From Phycisphaerae bacterium (GTDB lineage: Bacteria > Planctomycetota > Phycisphaerae > UBA1845): 64,000 bases of DNA. The stretch spans positions 24,985 to 88,984 of the forward strand of contig JAJDEA010000130.1 in the NCBI GenBank assembly GCA_029260035.1, read 5' to 3'. Of this stretch, positions 51,595 through 62,027 are shown piece after piece; position 1 is the stretch's first letter; each line of letters starts with the position of its first letter. Made by a program: the position numbers and the translations under genes. Below the pieces are notes generated by a model. The model saw nothing but the letters and a program-made list of their open reading frames with translations, had not been told where the DNA came from and ran no database searches.

Positions 51595-52491
51595 ATGACG
51601 CTTGCCCAAATTGATCTCATTACAGGCGCTCAATCCGTCCTGGATCGGATACTGGATCGTCCATTCACCGCGCTAATCGAATTGCTGCTAATCGCAAGCG
51701 TCATCTACACGACGCTTCGATTCTTTCAGGGAACGCGCGGTGCGAGGCTCGTTCGGGCGGTCTTCACAATCCTGGCCGTGAGCTTTGCAATCGTTTGGCT
51801 GATTGCCGAACAGATTCAGTCGGAGCGCATCAAGCTGCTTTACCCTTATTTTTTGCTCGGCGTTTTTCTGGTCTCACTCGTGGCGTTTCAAACGGAGCTG
51901 AGACGAATGCTGCTCAAGCTCGGCACTGGGGGATGGATGCGACGCTGGGTCAAACAAGGTGAACAGGTAATCGAGCCAATCGTTTCCGCAACAGAAAGGC
52001 TCTCGAAAAATAAAATTGGGGCACTCATAGCTATAGAGCAAACCGGCGAAATCGGTGCGTTTCTTGAATCGGGTGTGCGCATTGATTCGGATTTAACGAT
52101 CGAGCTGTTGGAGACGATTTTTTGGCCGGGCACGCCGTTGCACGATTTGGGTGTCATCGTCTGTCATGGGCGCTTGCTCGCGGCAGGTTGCCAGTTTCCA
52201 TTGGTGGAATCCGGCGAAGTAGATCGCTCGCTGGGGAGCCGACACCGCGCCGGCATTGGAATGAGCCAGGAAACCGAGTCCGTTGTGGTAATCGTTAGTG
52301 AAGAGACGGGGACGATATCGGTAGCCATTCAAGGCCGATTGCGTCGCGGGTTAAACCCGGACTCCCTACGCGACACACTGACAAAAGAGCTGACCGCAAC
52401 ACCTTCGCGAAAACGACTGCAGAAAAAAAAGTCCTCGGCCAGCGTTGAGGCGGACAAGGTATCGCACGATGGAACAACTCAAGCTGCTTAG
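51595..52491 (+). CDS. cdaA: Membrane diadenylate cyclase (CdaA/DacA)
   Basis: Three TM helices, FQ.ELRR.L, GALIAIE, IF.P.TPLHD, LG.RHRA..G, VSEETG.IS. Confidence 0.9.
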   Translation: MTLAQIDLITGAQSVLDRILDRPFTALIELLLIASVIYTTLRFFQGTRGARLVRAVFTILAVSFAIVWLIAEQIQSERIKLLYPYFLLGVFLVSLVAFQTELRRMLLKLGTGGWMRRWVKQGEQVIEPIVSATERLSKNKIGALIAIEQTGEIGAFLESGVRIDSDLTIELLETIFWPGTPLHDLGVIVCHGRLLAAGCQFPLVESGEVDRSLGSRHRAGIGMSQETESVVVIVSEETGTISVAIQGRLRRGLNPDSLRDTLTKELTATPSRKRLQKKKSSASVEADKVSHDGTTQAA

Positions 52492-53497
52492 CATGACGGC
52501 TGTTATCACGCTCATCGTTTGGGCGAGCGCGGATAGGCTCGTCAACGATATCGCTACCGTCAGACTGACGATCGAGCCAATGCCATCAACAGAAGTAGAC
52601 ACGATCGTCGAACCAGACATGGAAGAAACGCCGGATCGATACGAACTTCAGATATCCGGCCCACGGAAGACTTTGAAATCGCTTAGAGACCGCGAGCCGT
52701 TAAACCTTCGCCTTCCGATCAGTGAGACATCCATCGGACCCGTATCGGTAGCCCTCAGTCAGGACGGGTTGAAACGTGCCATAATTAACCAATGGCCGGA
52801 GTTACACGGCCTGGCTGTTCTCTCTGTGAAGCCAAGAACGTTGCCCGTGATTGTCGATCGAATGGTCTCGGCGGAGTTCGACGTTTCGATGGCCAATCTG
52901 ACTTTGGCCTACGATGATGAGCCTCAATTGCAGCGAACGAGCACCACCGCACGACTTCGAGAAAGCCTGTTAGCGTCGATGGTTTCAGGCGGACAACGCC
53001 CCGAGATTGACATCAGCCGGGAAGTCGAGCGAATTGTTCAAACCAAGCCCGCCGGAGAAAGTTCTATGTTTCCTGTGACGCTTGACCTCACACGCTTTGG
53101 GCCTGGAGCGTCGTTGGACCCGGCATCCATCGACGTAACGGCGACACTCAAAACACAGCGTTCGACTGCGGAGATTTCGACAGTGCCCATTAAGCCGGTC
53201 GTCAGCTTTGCCAATTTGGGGAAATCGTTTGAGGCGGTAGGACGTGATGGCACACCTTTGACCCTTGTCACACAAACGGTGCGCATTACCGGGCCAACCG
53301 ATGAGGTGATGAAACTCGTACGAGGAGAGACGCGCGCATACGGGCTAATTCAATTCAAGGAGGCAGACCTCAGACAAGCGAATGTCATCAAAGCCTGGAC
53401 GCCCGAATTCCATTTGCCCGCAGGCATCGAACTTGCCGAATCGCCCAGGCAAATCGAATTTCGCCTGGTCGAAAGACCATCCAGCCCAGCAGAGTAA
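52469..53497 (+). CDS. CdaR/YbbR-like membrane-anchored protein
   Basis: N-terminal TM helix ending in LIVW, beta-rich segments with ISGP/ITGP motifs; overlaps the cdaA 3' end. Confidence 0.6.
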   Translation: MEQLKLLSMTAVITLIVWASADRLVNDIATVRLTIEPMPSTEVDTIVEPDMEETPDRYELQISGPRKTLKSLRDREPLNLRLPISETSIGPVSVALSQDGLKRAIINQWPELHGLAVLSVKPRTLPVIVDRMVSAEFDVSMANLTLAYDDEPQLQRTSTTARLRESLLASMVSGGQRPEIDISREVERIVQTKPAGESSMFPVTLDLTRFGPGASLDPASIDVTATLKTQRSTAEISTVPIKPVVSFANLGKSFEAVGRDGTPLTLVTQTVRITGPTDEVMKLVRGETRAYGLIQFKEADLRQANVIKAWTPEFHLPAGIELAESPRQIEFRLVERPSSPAE

Positions 53498-53579
53498 TGT
53501 CCGTACACCCAGAATGGCCACTGCACGCAATCGCTTGACCGGCAACTCCTAAAATCGCAACCTCATTCTTAAGCAAACT

Positions 53580-54170
53580 CTATATGCTCTCGATGAAGAG
53601 CGACTTCTTGCGCATAGCCCGCATTTGCGTTCGGATGGACTCCGCAACTCTGTCCGGATCGCAGATACCCTCGATTCGGACCTGCTGTTCCGTTGAATCT
53701 GTGGAGACAACTTCAATCGAGCCTAAACCGAAGGTGCGATCAAGAATGCTTTTGTGAATTCTAACGTCGTCTACGCGAATCAATTCGGTCTGATCAATCG
53801 TCTGACTGAGAATCCCCCGTTCGATGAACAACCTTTGGGTTGTCACTCGGAAACGCTGCGAGAATACTTTGTAGGCTACGCCTCCAAGAATCACGCCGCT
53901 CGACAGCCCGCCAACGACCAACACTATCCAAAACGCCGTCCAGCCGGTAAGCCAATCCATTCTCGGAGTTGCCCAAATGATCCCGGCTAAAAGAAAAACC
54001 AGAAAACCACCCAAAGCGGCAATCCGGCCTGCAAAATGTTTCCAATGCGTCCTGCCGATCCACAGGTCAGACTCTTCGCTTGTGTTTTCAATGGGCACCG
54101 GCTGGCTGGCCGGTTCGTGGCCTTGCGTCTCTGCAACTTCCTCGTCAACATTCTGTCTGTCATCACTCAT
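53580..54170 (-). CDS. Membrane-flanked bacterial PH domain (bPH_2) protein
   Basis: Two TM helices, then F.VT.QRL.IE.GIL, EL.RV.DV, R.FGLG.I.V. Confidence 0.82.
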   Translation of the reverse strand: MSDDRQNVDEEVAETQGHEPASQPVPIENTSEESDLWIGRTHWKHFAGRIAALGGFLVFLLAGIIWATPRMDWLTGWTAFWIVLVVGGLSSGVILGGVAYKVFSQRFRVTTQRLFIERGILSQTIDQTELIRVDDVRIHKSILDRTFGLGSIEVVSTDSTEQQVRIEGICDPDRVAESIRTQMRAMRKKSLFIESI

Positions 54171-54298
54171 CCGAGGTTCTCCTCGCCTGGTAGTGTGAGT
54201 CTTCAAGCCAAAGTGTAATCATAAATCCTCTATTACGATACTTGCACGTTTGTCGATTTTGCCGATAAGCTGAACGCTCGCCAACGTAAAGTCGGGAT

Positions 54299-54841
54299 AT
54301 GGAGGATGGTTCTGTTGGGTGGAACGCCACTTCGGCAAACGGCCCGGAACCACTTGACGGCGTTCCACCCAATACTAGACTTTTCTGGGTTCTGCCTGGA
54401 CAAAAAGGCCGAATGGTGGGCGTCTTGGAAGCTGGAAACTTAGACGCATTGTCATATCGCTTTGGCGCGAGAAGGGTTATGTCAGACAAATGGATCATCG
54501 TTGAAGACTCCGCTGTCTTCAAAGAAAAATCGAGTTGCGGTATTACAAAGTCCAACGCTATGTTGGATGAAACAGAAGCCGAGCCATCAAAGTTATCGCT
54601 GGACGTTTGCGATTGGCCACCAGTTTCTGGAGACGTCACGTCTCTGTCGTTGGGAACAAAATCGAAGGCTCAAAAGCGTGATGAATTTGATCTCATGTCG
54701 ATCGAAATCAAAGGCGAGTTGGATCCGGAAGATCTGGACGATGATGATGACGATGACTTCGACAGCGATGACGACTTCCCCTCTCACGATGACGACGACT
54801 TTGACGACGATGATTTTGAAGATGACGACGACGATGACTAA
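54299..54841 (+). CDS. Hypothetical protein with Asp-rich C-terminal tail
   Basis: Open frame ending in DLDDDDDDDFDSDDDFPSHDDDDFDDDDFEDDDDDD*; start uncertain (54299 or 54479). Confidence 0.55.
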   Translation: MEDGSVGWNATSANGPEPLDGVPPNTRLFWVLPGQKGRMVGVLEAGNLDALSYRFGARRVMSDKWIIVEDSAVFKEKSSCGITKSNAMLDETEAEPSKLSLDVCDWPPVSGDVTSLSLGTKSKAQKRDEFDLMSIEIKGELDPEDLDDDDDDDFDSDDDFPSHDDDDFDDDDFEDDDDDD

Positions 54842-55029
54842 CCGAAAACGCCTTTACTACGACTCATAACACGATGCGCCATCGGTGCGTCGAACACCAA
54901 AATAACCTCAGCATCATGCCCCACCGATAATATAGCTTCCAAAGCCGATTCATTTGTGTCTTTGTCGGACCAAGAAGACCTGATTGCAAACGTAATTAAG
55001 CGCGTCGAGCGTTTGTCCGATGCAGGGGT

Positions 55030-55374
55030 ATGTCAGATGAACGAACCAACGAAGACCGACGAAGCGACGGGCGCAGAGAAAGCGTAACGGATCGCCGAGC
55101 CGGCATGGATCGACGACGCGGTCCCGGCAGGCGCCGTGGGGAAGTACGCAAAGCGGCTGAAGAAGGCGAAATCAGCGGCGAGCTTCTCGAGTTCATCATG
55201 GCGGTTGACGAATACAAAAAGATCAACGAAAGACCGTTTCCATCATGGTCGGAAGTCTTCGAGATCGTTCAATACCTTGGCTACCGCAAGGTGGCTCCTC
55301 AGGCAGAGCACATCAACACAGCGAGCGGTTCGGAGGTTCTTGAATCCACCGCCGGAACCGCAGCTGGAACGTAG
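55030..55374 (+). CDS. Small protein with Arg-rich DRR repeats and helical C-domain
   Basis: AGGGG SD; DRRSDGRR..VTDRRAGMDRRRGPGRRR; EFIMAVDEYKK.N.RPFPSWSEV.E....LGYRK. Confidence 0.75.
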   Translation: MSDERTNEDRRSDGRRESVTDRRAGMDRRRGPGRRRGEVRKAAEEGEISGELLEFIMAVDEYKKINERPFPSWSEVFEIVQYLGYRKVAPQAEHINTASGSEVLESTAGTAAGT

Positions 55375-55476
55375 GGGCAAATACCAATCACCAGTAGCGC
55401 TCGAATCTAAGATTCTCCCTGCAAGCTCCCACGAAAACGAAACACCATCTTCATAATGCTGAAGGAAATTCGTGCG

Positions 55477-57663
55477 CTATCTTCGTACGCCAGCTTCGAC
55501 CGAAACACTATTCCGCATAGGCTGAAACTGTGCGTAAGCCATCGATCGCCACAGCCACTCGACCGGACCAAAGCGATAATATCGAAGCCATAACGGCGAA
55601 CAGACCAACTGAAAAATCCAGATCGAAATGGAAACCAGCAGCTGTTCCACGCGGTCCAATCGACCGATCATGCCAAAGCCATCGCCGTAAAAAATCAAAC
55701 TGCAAAAGACAGTGTGCATCAAGTAGTTCGTAAGCGACATTCTCCCGACGCTCGCCAGACCTGAAGCGAGCCAATTCTGCGTGCCCTTCCTGCAAAGAAG
55801 CATCACAACAGCAATCCAAGCTAACGCCATAATCGGCGATGCCAACTCGCCGGGAAGCCTACCCAGAAAGAAGGAAAACTCAGGCCGCCAATCTTGCTGA
55901 AAATTGATATAGAACCCAAGCGTTAAAAGTGCCGTACCCGCGACAGACGCGAACACTAATAGGCGGACATAACTGCCCCTGGCGCGCTCCCCAGTCATGT
56001 AGCCCAGCCTATACAGCCCCATACCGACAAGCATCATTCCAGCCGCCACCCACCCCATCGCCATTACAAAAACGAGTGTCTGCTCAGTCATCGCGACGCC
56101 TGCCCGACTGGGCATTTGCTGTATCCAGGAACCGCGATAAGTTTCGTAATACTCCAGAATCGCTTCGATGCTCGGATTAAACGATGCAACAATGCTCGTT
56201 TGGAGGCTTTCCGGGAAAAAAGGGAATGCGAAATGGCCTGCAACAATAAACAACATCGGAACCGCATAGAAACCAAACCCAATCCACAAGAGTTGAATCG
56301 CGCGAAGCCTGCGAAACCAGAATACCAATAAGCCGCAAATGGCGTATGTGAACAGAATATCGCCTGGCCAAAGGACATATGCGTGAATGAGGCCGATCAA
56401 CATGAGGGCAGTCATTCGTTGGAGTTGAATCGGAATCGCACTCCGTCTTGACTCATCGAAGCGATCAGTGACCATCAGTATGCCTGCCCCGAAAAGCATG
56501 CTAAAAAGCATGAGGTCCTTTCGCCCAAAAAGCGTGTTCAGTGCAACCCAAACACCAACGTTTAACGAATCCGTCCACTCGCACGCATATGGATTCAAGA
56601 CCGCAGCATCGTGGAGCGCAAACATCTGCATGTTCAGCGGGAGAATTCCGCAAATCGCCAGCCCGCGAAGCACATCGATCGCCTGGATTCGGCTGCTTTG
56701 CGGGCCGATCGCTGGACGGAATAAAGAGGACGTCGATCCAACCAGCGCGTTTGCTGGTTTTCCTACGACGGCGTCTTCGTCTCGATCTAACAAACTAGGC
56801 TTTGGATGATGTTGCTGAAGCAGTCGCCAAAGAGCCGTCGTGGAGCAGGCAAGCAGGAGGGTCATGGCCAAGCCCGCCATCGGTCCTTGCGAGCCACCGG
56901 TCCAGACAGATTGCATCATATCGGTTTTGAATAGGCTCGCTCCCGCTACGCGTCCTCCAATCGGCATGCCGAACACAAACCCAAGCGCGTAGTTCCATGC
57001 GAAATGTACGCCAACGCCAAGCCAAAGGCTGCGCGTTCGCAGAAAACACACTACGAAAAGCAGGTGAGCGAGGAACGTATTGACAGCCGCGATTGGCGTC
57101 AGCGAATTCGTTTGTAATGCCTGGATGAAGACATAACCTATTCCCGTAATTAGGATTGCTGGCAGCTGGTTCCAGCGTGCGAGTATCTGGAACACATACC
57201 CACGAAACAACGTCTCCAGATAAAGGGCAACCGCGAGCGAAAAGACTCCGCCTGCAACCAGCTTCGGCGTAGCCTGCGTGATCGATTTATTGGCCGTCCA
57301 TGAAGCAAGACCAGCCGCCACGAAGACTGCCCAGACCAGCGAGACCAGGAATACGCCGAGGAACAAACCTAGCAGCAAATGTCGAAACCAAGGGCGGTCG
57401 AATCCGATGCCCAACGCTCGAATAGGTTTATGATCCAAGTAGCGGAGAAACAAAGCTGTGGTCGCGAGCACGAGCATCGCGCTGAGGACCGGCTCCAACA
57501 GCGTAGGACTGACTCGTACCACCGATGCGAGAATAATCGCTAAGACAGGTGTTGCGAAATGACCTGCCAGCAACACCAAAGCGTACGCCACCGTTTTCCA
57601 AAACAAAGCAAGCTGAAACGTGCGGCGATCAGACGTGGGAGATTGGTCTATTTCTGAACTCAT
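55477..57663 (-). CDS. Fusion: degenerate CPBP (Abi) domain + DUF418 (YeiB-like) membrane domain
   Basis: N-half LETLFRGY and GVHFAWN; C-half [50 protein letters not shown]; ATGA overlap with the ATPase stop. Confidence 0.85.
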   Translation of the reverse strand: MSSEIDQSPTSDRRTFQLALFWKTVAYALVLLAGHFATPVLAIILASVVRVSPTLLEPVLSAMLVLATTALFLRYLDHKPIRALGIGFDRPWFRHLLLGLFLGVFLVSLVWAVFVAAGLASWTANKSITQATPKLVAGGVFSLAVALYLETLFRGYVFQILARWNQLPAILITGIGYVFIQALQTNSLTPIAAVNTFLAHLLFVVCFLRTRSLWLGVGVHFAWNYALGFVFGMPIGGRVAGASLFKTDMMQSVWTGGSQGPMAGLAMTLLLACSTTALWRLLQQHHPKPSLLDRDEDAVVGKPANALVGSTSSLFRPAIGPQSSRIQAIDVLRGLAICGILPLNMQMFALHDAAVLNPYACEWTDSLNVGVWVALNTLFGRKDLMLFSMLFGAGILMVTDRFDESRRSAIPIQLQRMTALMLIGLIHAYVLWPGDILFTYAICGLLVFWFRRLRAIQLLWIGFGFYAVPMLFIVAGHFAFPFFPESLQTSIVASFNPSIEAILEYYETYRGSWIQQMPSRAGVAMTEQTLVFVMAMGWVAAGMMLVGMGLYRLGYMTGERARGSYVRLLVFASVAGTALLTLGFYINFQQDWRPEFSFFLGRLPGELASPIMALAWIAVVMLLCRKGTQNWLASGLASVGRMSLTNYLMHTVFCSLIFYGDGFGMIGRLDRVEQLLVSISIWIFQLVCSPLWLRYYRFGPVEWLWRSMAYAQFQPMRNSVSVEAGVRR

Positions 57664-59663
57664 TCGCTTTGGCACGATCGTAAAAGGCGCAAAGCATTCA
57701 AGGCAACCGCAACAGTACTCCCCTCATGACCGATCACCGCCAACGGCAGCGGAATCCCGGCTGACACGGAAAAGACGCTCAAGACACCGATCACCGCAAG
57801 GGCAAACGTCAAATTTTGCCGAACAATTCCGGCTGTGCGCTTGGCGTGTTCGTGAAGCCACACGACCATTTCAATGTCGTCCTTCATCACAACGATGTCG
57901 GCGGCTTCCATCGCAACATCCACCCCCATCGCCCCCATCGCAACACCCACGTCGGCATGAGCCAGTGCAGGAGCATCATTAATCCCATCTCCCACCAGCA
58001 CAAGCGATCCATCGCGAGGCCGAAGCTGTTTCGCCCACGTCACCTTTTCGTGTGGTGCGAGCGACGCATGAAACTCGTCCAACCCGACTTGCGACGCCAT
58101 GTGCTCCGCGCTGGCCTCGTGATCGCCTGTCAACATTTCGATCCGATCAACACCTTGCTTACGCAATCGTGCGACACATCGAGCGGAACCTTCACGGACT
58201 GTGTCACGAAATGCGAATAAACCAACATCATCGTTGATACAAACAGCCGAGACAGTCATCCCCTCTCGTCGGAGCGATTCGATGTGACTCACGATGTCAG
58301 CATCAAGCTTCAGAGCAGCTTTTTCTTCAAAGCGTTCGACACGCCCTACCCACACCCTTTTTTCTTCGACGACTCCTTCAACCCCAACCCCAGGATGGGC
58401 GACGCACTGCTTTGCATGTGGCACGTCAAGTTGGCGTTTCTTGATCTCGTTCATGACTGCTATAGCGAGCGGATGCGTACTGGATTCTTCCACGGAACCA
58501 GCTAGTCGCAGTGTTTCCAACTCGCTGAATCCTTTCGCTGGCAAAACCTCGACAAGCTTGACTTGGCCAGTCGTCAAGGTGCCGGTCTTGTCAAAGGCGA
58601 AAACGGTCGAACGCGCCACGGCTTCCAGATGCGCACCTCCCTTAATGAGAACACCCCGCTTGGCTGCTGATGCAATTGCAGCCAGATAGGCTACCGGCGT
58701 CGCGATGATGAGGGCGCATGGGCTTGCAACAATCAATAGCGCGATGCCTCGATGAAGCGACTCGTCGCGGCCCAATCCAAACACGAAAAAACATGCAAGC
58801 GAAACACTCAACGCGGCGCAGATCACGATAACGGAATAAGTCGGCCCGATTCGATCCACGAGTCGCTGCGCGCTGGCGGGATGCTGTCGGGAGTCCGTCA
58901 CAAGCTGAACAATTTTGGCCAGCGTTGTATCCTTCGCGAGTTTTGAAACGCAAATCGTCAGCCGACCGTTTAGGTTCTGCGTTCCCGCGAAAACCGCATC
59001 GCCCGCGCCGCACTCTCTAGGCAACGATTCGCCCGTAATCGCTGACTCATCGACCGAGGAAGCACCTTCTTCAATGACGCCATCAATGGGAATTTTTTCT
59101 CCAGGCCGAACCAGCACATTCGCACCTATCGTCACTTGCCGAAGTGGTATGGTGTAAACCTTGTCGTTCTCCAGTATGTTCGCTTCCGTCGGCGAAAGCT
59201 GCTGCATAGCGACGATCGCCGATTGAGTTTTTCGCAGAGAGAAACCCTCAAGCGCCTCTGACAAAGAAAACAAAAAGAGCAAAAGCGCCCCTTCGAAAGG
59301 GCTACCAATGTATGCAGCCAAGCATGCGCCGAGTAACATCAGTGCATCGATGTCTATTCGCAGCGCGCTAATTTTTCCCCAAATCTTGGAAACCGCCGGC
59401 ACGCCTGCGATGGAAAACGCCAGGAGAATGAACAGATTTCGTAGTGAAGCCGACCCATCTGCCAGATCGATTCCCCATGCGGCTGCAAGGAAAATCCCCG
59501 ATGAACCAGCAACGATCAAGCCAATACGGTGAGCAATCCACTGCGCATTGCGCGTATAAAAAACACTCGTCCCGGACTCGACGTCAATCACGGACGCGTC
59601 GGAAAGGACTGGGTTGAATACCTCTCGCGTTGGTTCAAAGACAGGTTGATGGTGTGAATTCAT
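57660..59663 (-). CDS. Heavy-metal P-type ATPase, P1B-4 subclass
   Basis: [35 protein letters not shown]; no CxxC N-terminal MBD; ATG 59663 overlaps the VIT1 stop. Confidence 0.92.
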   Translation of the reverse strand: MNSHHQPVFEPTREVFNPVLSDASVIDVESGTSVFYTRNAQWIAHRIGLIVAGSSGIFLAAAWGIDLADGSASLRNLFILLAFSIAGVPAVSKIWGKISALRIDIDALMLLGACLAAYIGSPFEGALLLFLFSLSEALEGFSLRKTQSAIVAMQQLSPTEANILENDKVYTIPLRQVTIGANVLVRPGEKIPIDGVIEEGASSVDESAITGESLPRECGAGDAVFAGTQNLNGRLTICVSKLAKDTTLAKIVQLVTDSRQHPASAQRLVDRIGPTYSVIVICAALSVSLACFFVFGLGRDESLHRGIALLIVASPCALIIATPVAYLAAIASAAKRGVLIKGGAHLEAVARSTVFAFDKTGTLTTGQVKLVEVLPAKGFSELETLRLAGSVEESSTHPLAIAVMNEIKKRQLDVPHAKQCVAHPGVGVEGVVEEKRVWVGRVERFEEKAALKLDADIVSHIESLRREGMTVSAVCINDDVGLFAFRDTVREGSARCVARLRKQGVDRIEMLTGDHEASAEHMASQVGLDEFHASLAPHEKVTWAKQLRPRDGSLVLVGDGINDAPALAHADVGVAMGAMGVDVAMEAADIVVMKDDIEMVVWLHEHAKRTAGIVRQNLTFALAVIGVLSVFSVSAGIPLPLAVIGHEGSTVAVALNALRLLRSCQSE

Positions 59664-60466
59664 AACGCACCATCTGTCACGACACTTGCAGCAGGCGCGC
59701 CCGCCAACCATTGGGCTAAGAAGAAGACTATGCCACCGGCAATGATGGCGGTAAGTACGCTCGCACCCGCAATCTCGGCGAATTTTCTTTGTGTTGCATA
59801 CGAACCTACCGCCGACAGCCCAAGCAACAACCCCAAGGCGATCGCGGGCATCCAAGTTTGAACCGATGATTGAGATAACCAAACGCTGGGCAGTGCCATC
59901 GTCAGCCCCGCGGCTAATGCACCGGCGAAATTAGATAATCCGACTTGCAGCGGGTGCCTCATATGATGCATCGACAAACCCAACTCTTCCTCCATCATGA
60001 CCTTGAGAAGCCGATCTTCGTCGGCGGACAAGGTGTCCACTATTTGACTCAAGAGTGGGTCTTGAAATCCTTTCGCAGCGTACAGGACACGAACCTCTTC
60101 GCATTCGTCGTCAAAATGCTCGCGAATTTCCCGTCGCTCCCGTTCAAGCTCAGCCTCATAGTATTGAATTTGGGTGTGCGTCGCTCGACCCGTTGTGATA
60201 CCAACAAGCACAGCAACGCCGACCGACATGACAACGAGTAGATCGCTGCTCAAGGATGGATAACCGAACGCCCAAAGCGCGACCCATACTAGCCAAACGA
60301 CAATCAAAGCATCTCGGGAACTGGCAAGGACAACCCGCCAATCGTCAACAGCACCCGAATTGGCCTCACCGCCAAGAACACTCCGGGCGCGCGAACGAGC
60401 TTCCTTTATGTGATCGGCAGTGTCACTCATGCCTACGGCAGGGGATGAAACGTGCTCCGAGTTCAT
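59660..60466 (-). CDS. VIT1/CCC1 family Fe/Mn transporter-like protein
   Basis: Cytoplasmic insert [12 protein letters not shown]....D.E.EEV..LY..KGF...MMEEELGL flanked by TM helices. Confidence 0.8.
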   Translation of the reverse strand: MNSEHVSSPAVGMSDTADHIKEARSRARSVLGGEANSGAVDDWRVVLASSRDALIVVWLVWVALWAFGYPSLSSDLLVVMSVGVAVLVGITTGRATHTQIQYYEAELERERREIREHFDDECEEVRVLYAAKGFQDPLLSQIVDTLSADEDRLLKVMMEEELGLSMHHMRHPLQVGLSNFAGALAAGLTMALPSVWLSQSSVQTWMPAIALGLLLGLSAVGSYATQRKFAEIAGASVLTAIIAGGIVFFLAQWLAGAPAASVVTDGAL

Positions 60467-60547
60467 GTCAGTTTGATTTGGCGCAACAAATTAGCCAGCA
60501 TCCTCTTTCGCCCTTCGGCGAGAGGTGTTAAGCGTCAGGTAAATGGG

Positions 60548-60775
60548 TCAGACCAGGATGCTAAAGAGCGCCCAAAGCCCAACACCAACGCCCAGCATGC
60601 CGAGACAAATCGTGACCCACAGAATTAGCGCCGCCATCGGCACGTCACGCATGGAATGGCAGCGAGTCGATTTGTAAACAATCGCAACGCTCAGGCAAAG
60701 CGGGAACATGAAAAAAAGTCGCTTGCCGGTAACATCGATCGAAGACAGGAAAATGCTTGCCAATAACCAATTCAT
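60548..60775 (-). CDS. Small two-TM membrane protein
   Basis: PLCLSVAIVYKSTR motif; ATGA overlap with the upstream gene. Confidence 0.7.
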   Translation of the reverse strand: MNWLLASIFLSSIDVTGKRLFFMFPLCLSVAIVYKSTRCHSMRDVPMAALILWVTICLGMLGVGVGLWALFSILV

Positions 60776-61221
60776 GGATCACTCTGCCCAAGTTTTCGTT
60801 TGCGTCCATTCCCCGATGACAAACGTTCAGCACGCGACATCGCATCCAGGATGACAAGAATATTGAGTAAGCCTGCTACGCCCGTGTAATGCACGGCAAT
60901 TTCCGCCGATAGCCAATGGGCGAGATAGGGAGGCTTATCTGAAGGGGGAAGAGAATTGATTACACTCCGATGCAAGCCATATCCTGCAAGGGTATGCCCC
61001 CCCGCCAGAATCTGCGCCATAAACCAAAGTTTCTTGTTCTCCGGGTCAACCGTTGCACCAGCGCCGCCAATAGCCACCCCAGACCAAAACGTCGCGGCAA
61101 TCGTCACAAGAATAACGATTCCCCTTTTACGGTCCCCGATCACGATATGGCCAAGACCCGGCAAGAGCCAAGCCAAAAAGCCGGCTATGCTCACGCGCAG
61201 TGCCGTTGGCTTAGACGACAT
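60772..61221 (-). CDS. DUF6677-like membrane protein
   Basis: LAWLLPGLGH...G...RG, WF.AQ, YT.VAGLLNILVILDA. Confidence 0.75.
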   Translation of the reverse strand: MSSKPTALRVSIAGFLAWLLPGLGHIVIGDRKRGIVILVTIAATFWSGVAIGGAGATVDPENKKLWFMAQILAGGHTLAGYGLHRSVINSLPPSDKPPYLAHWLSAEIAVHYTGVAGLLNILVILDAMSRAERLSSGNGRKRKLGQSDP

Positions 61222-61246
61222 AGTCAATATGAAAACTCCAAAGGGT

Positions 61247-61477
61247 CTAAGACATCGAACAAGGCCCGTCAGGGTCGCCGCATCGACCACAACCCCCAGC
61301 AGACGGAGCGTTTGTCGGCGACGAGCTTCCCTGCCTTGGCGCGAAGACGCTTACGTTTCTTTCGACATCAGTGCTATTGCAGTCTGGACACGAGACGTTT
61401 TTGGACGTCCCGACACGAAGTGAAAGTTCTTCAAACTCACTCCCGCACGAGCCGCAAGAATATTCATATACCGGCAT
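61247..61477 (-). CDS. FmdB family zinc-ribbon protein
   Basis: MPVYEYSCGSCG.EFE.L...CPDC.S..VER..S.F plus C-terminal CGRCGDPDGPC. Confidence 0.88.
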   Translation of the reverse strand: MPVYEYSCGSCGSEFEELSLRVGTSKNVSCPDCNSTDVERNVSVFAPRQGSSSPTNAPSAGGCGRCGDPDGPCSMS

Positions 61478-61597
61478 GACAGGTTGTTCCCAAGCGACTC
61501 CGTATCCAACAACTGACAAGCGGAGTATATGGGCCTACAATGCATCTCGCAACGGGGCGACACATACCCCCAATAAGACGAATCCAGAGACACGACC

Positions 61598-62005
61598 ATG
61601 TTGCTTCAGCCGCGGATATTTCGCTCATGTACCCTTCAACTAGGAATGGGTACGTTATGCGCCGTGTTACTGTGGTCGGCAGGCTGCCAGCTCTCCGGGA
61701 CATGGGTTACCGTCGAGACTTCACCGAAAGACGCTCATTTCCCAATCGAACGAGTCATATTAACCTCGGACGACTTGTACACCGCCGTTGTCTCACATCA
61801 TTCGGAAACGCAAGCGGGAGCCAGGGCCTGGACAGAAACAGAGACCGGAACTTATCAATTGTCCGGCAAGGAGCTTTTGTTGCAACCCGCCGGAAAGGAG
61901 CCTCATCGCTATCGAGCCAAGCGTACGCAGAGTGATACGCTGGTTCTGGAATACTCCAACACCGGAAGCGCCATAACGGCGACACTACTTAGAACAGACA
62001 AGTAA
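61598..62005 (+). CDS. Hypothetical lipoprotein (lipocalin-like beta-barrel)
   Basis: Lipobox WSAG-C followed by LSGTW and GTY.L.G..L.L; start uncertain. Confidence 0.65.
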   Translation: MLLQPRIFRSCTLQLGMGTLCAVLLWSAGCQLSGTWVTVETSPKDAHFPIERVILTSDDLYTAVVSHHSETQAGARAWTETETGTYQLSGKELLLQPAGKEPHRYRAKRTQSDTLVLEYSNTGSAITATLLRTDK

Positions 62006-62027
62006 CCATTGGATCACACGGCAAATC

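Noticed and set aside
54872-54892. Second REP copy (contains GGTGCGTC)
   Set aside because: No flanking GTAG/CTAC and a different arm arrangement; more likely an ordinary hairpin
59664-59882. Cys/His-rich N-terminal extension of the ATPase in the ORF track (apparent metal-binding domain)
   Set aside because: It overlaps the VIT1 coding region in another frame; ATG 59663 with ATGA coupling is the more plausible start
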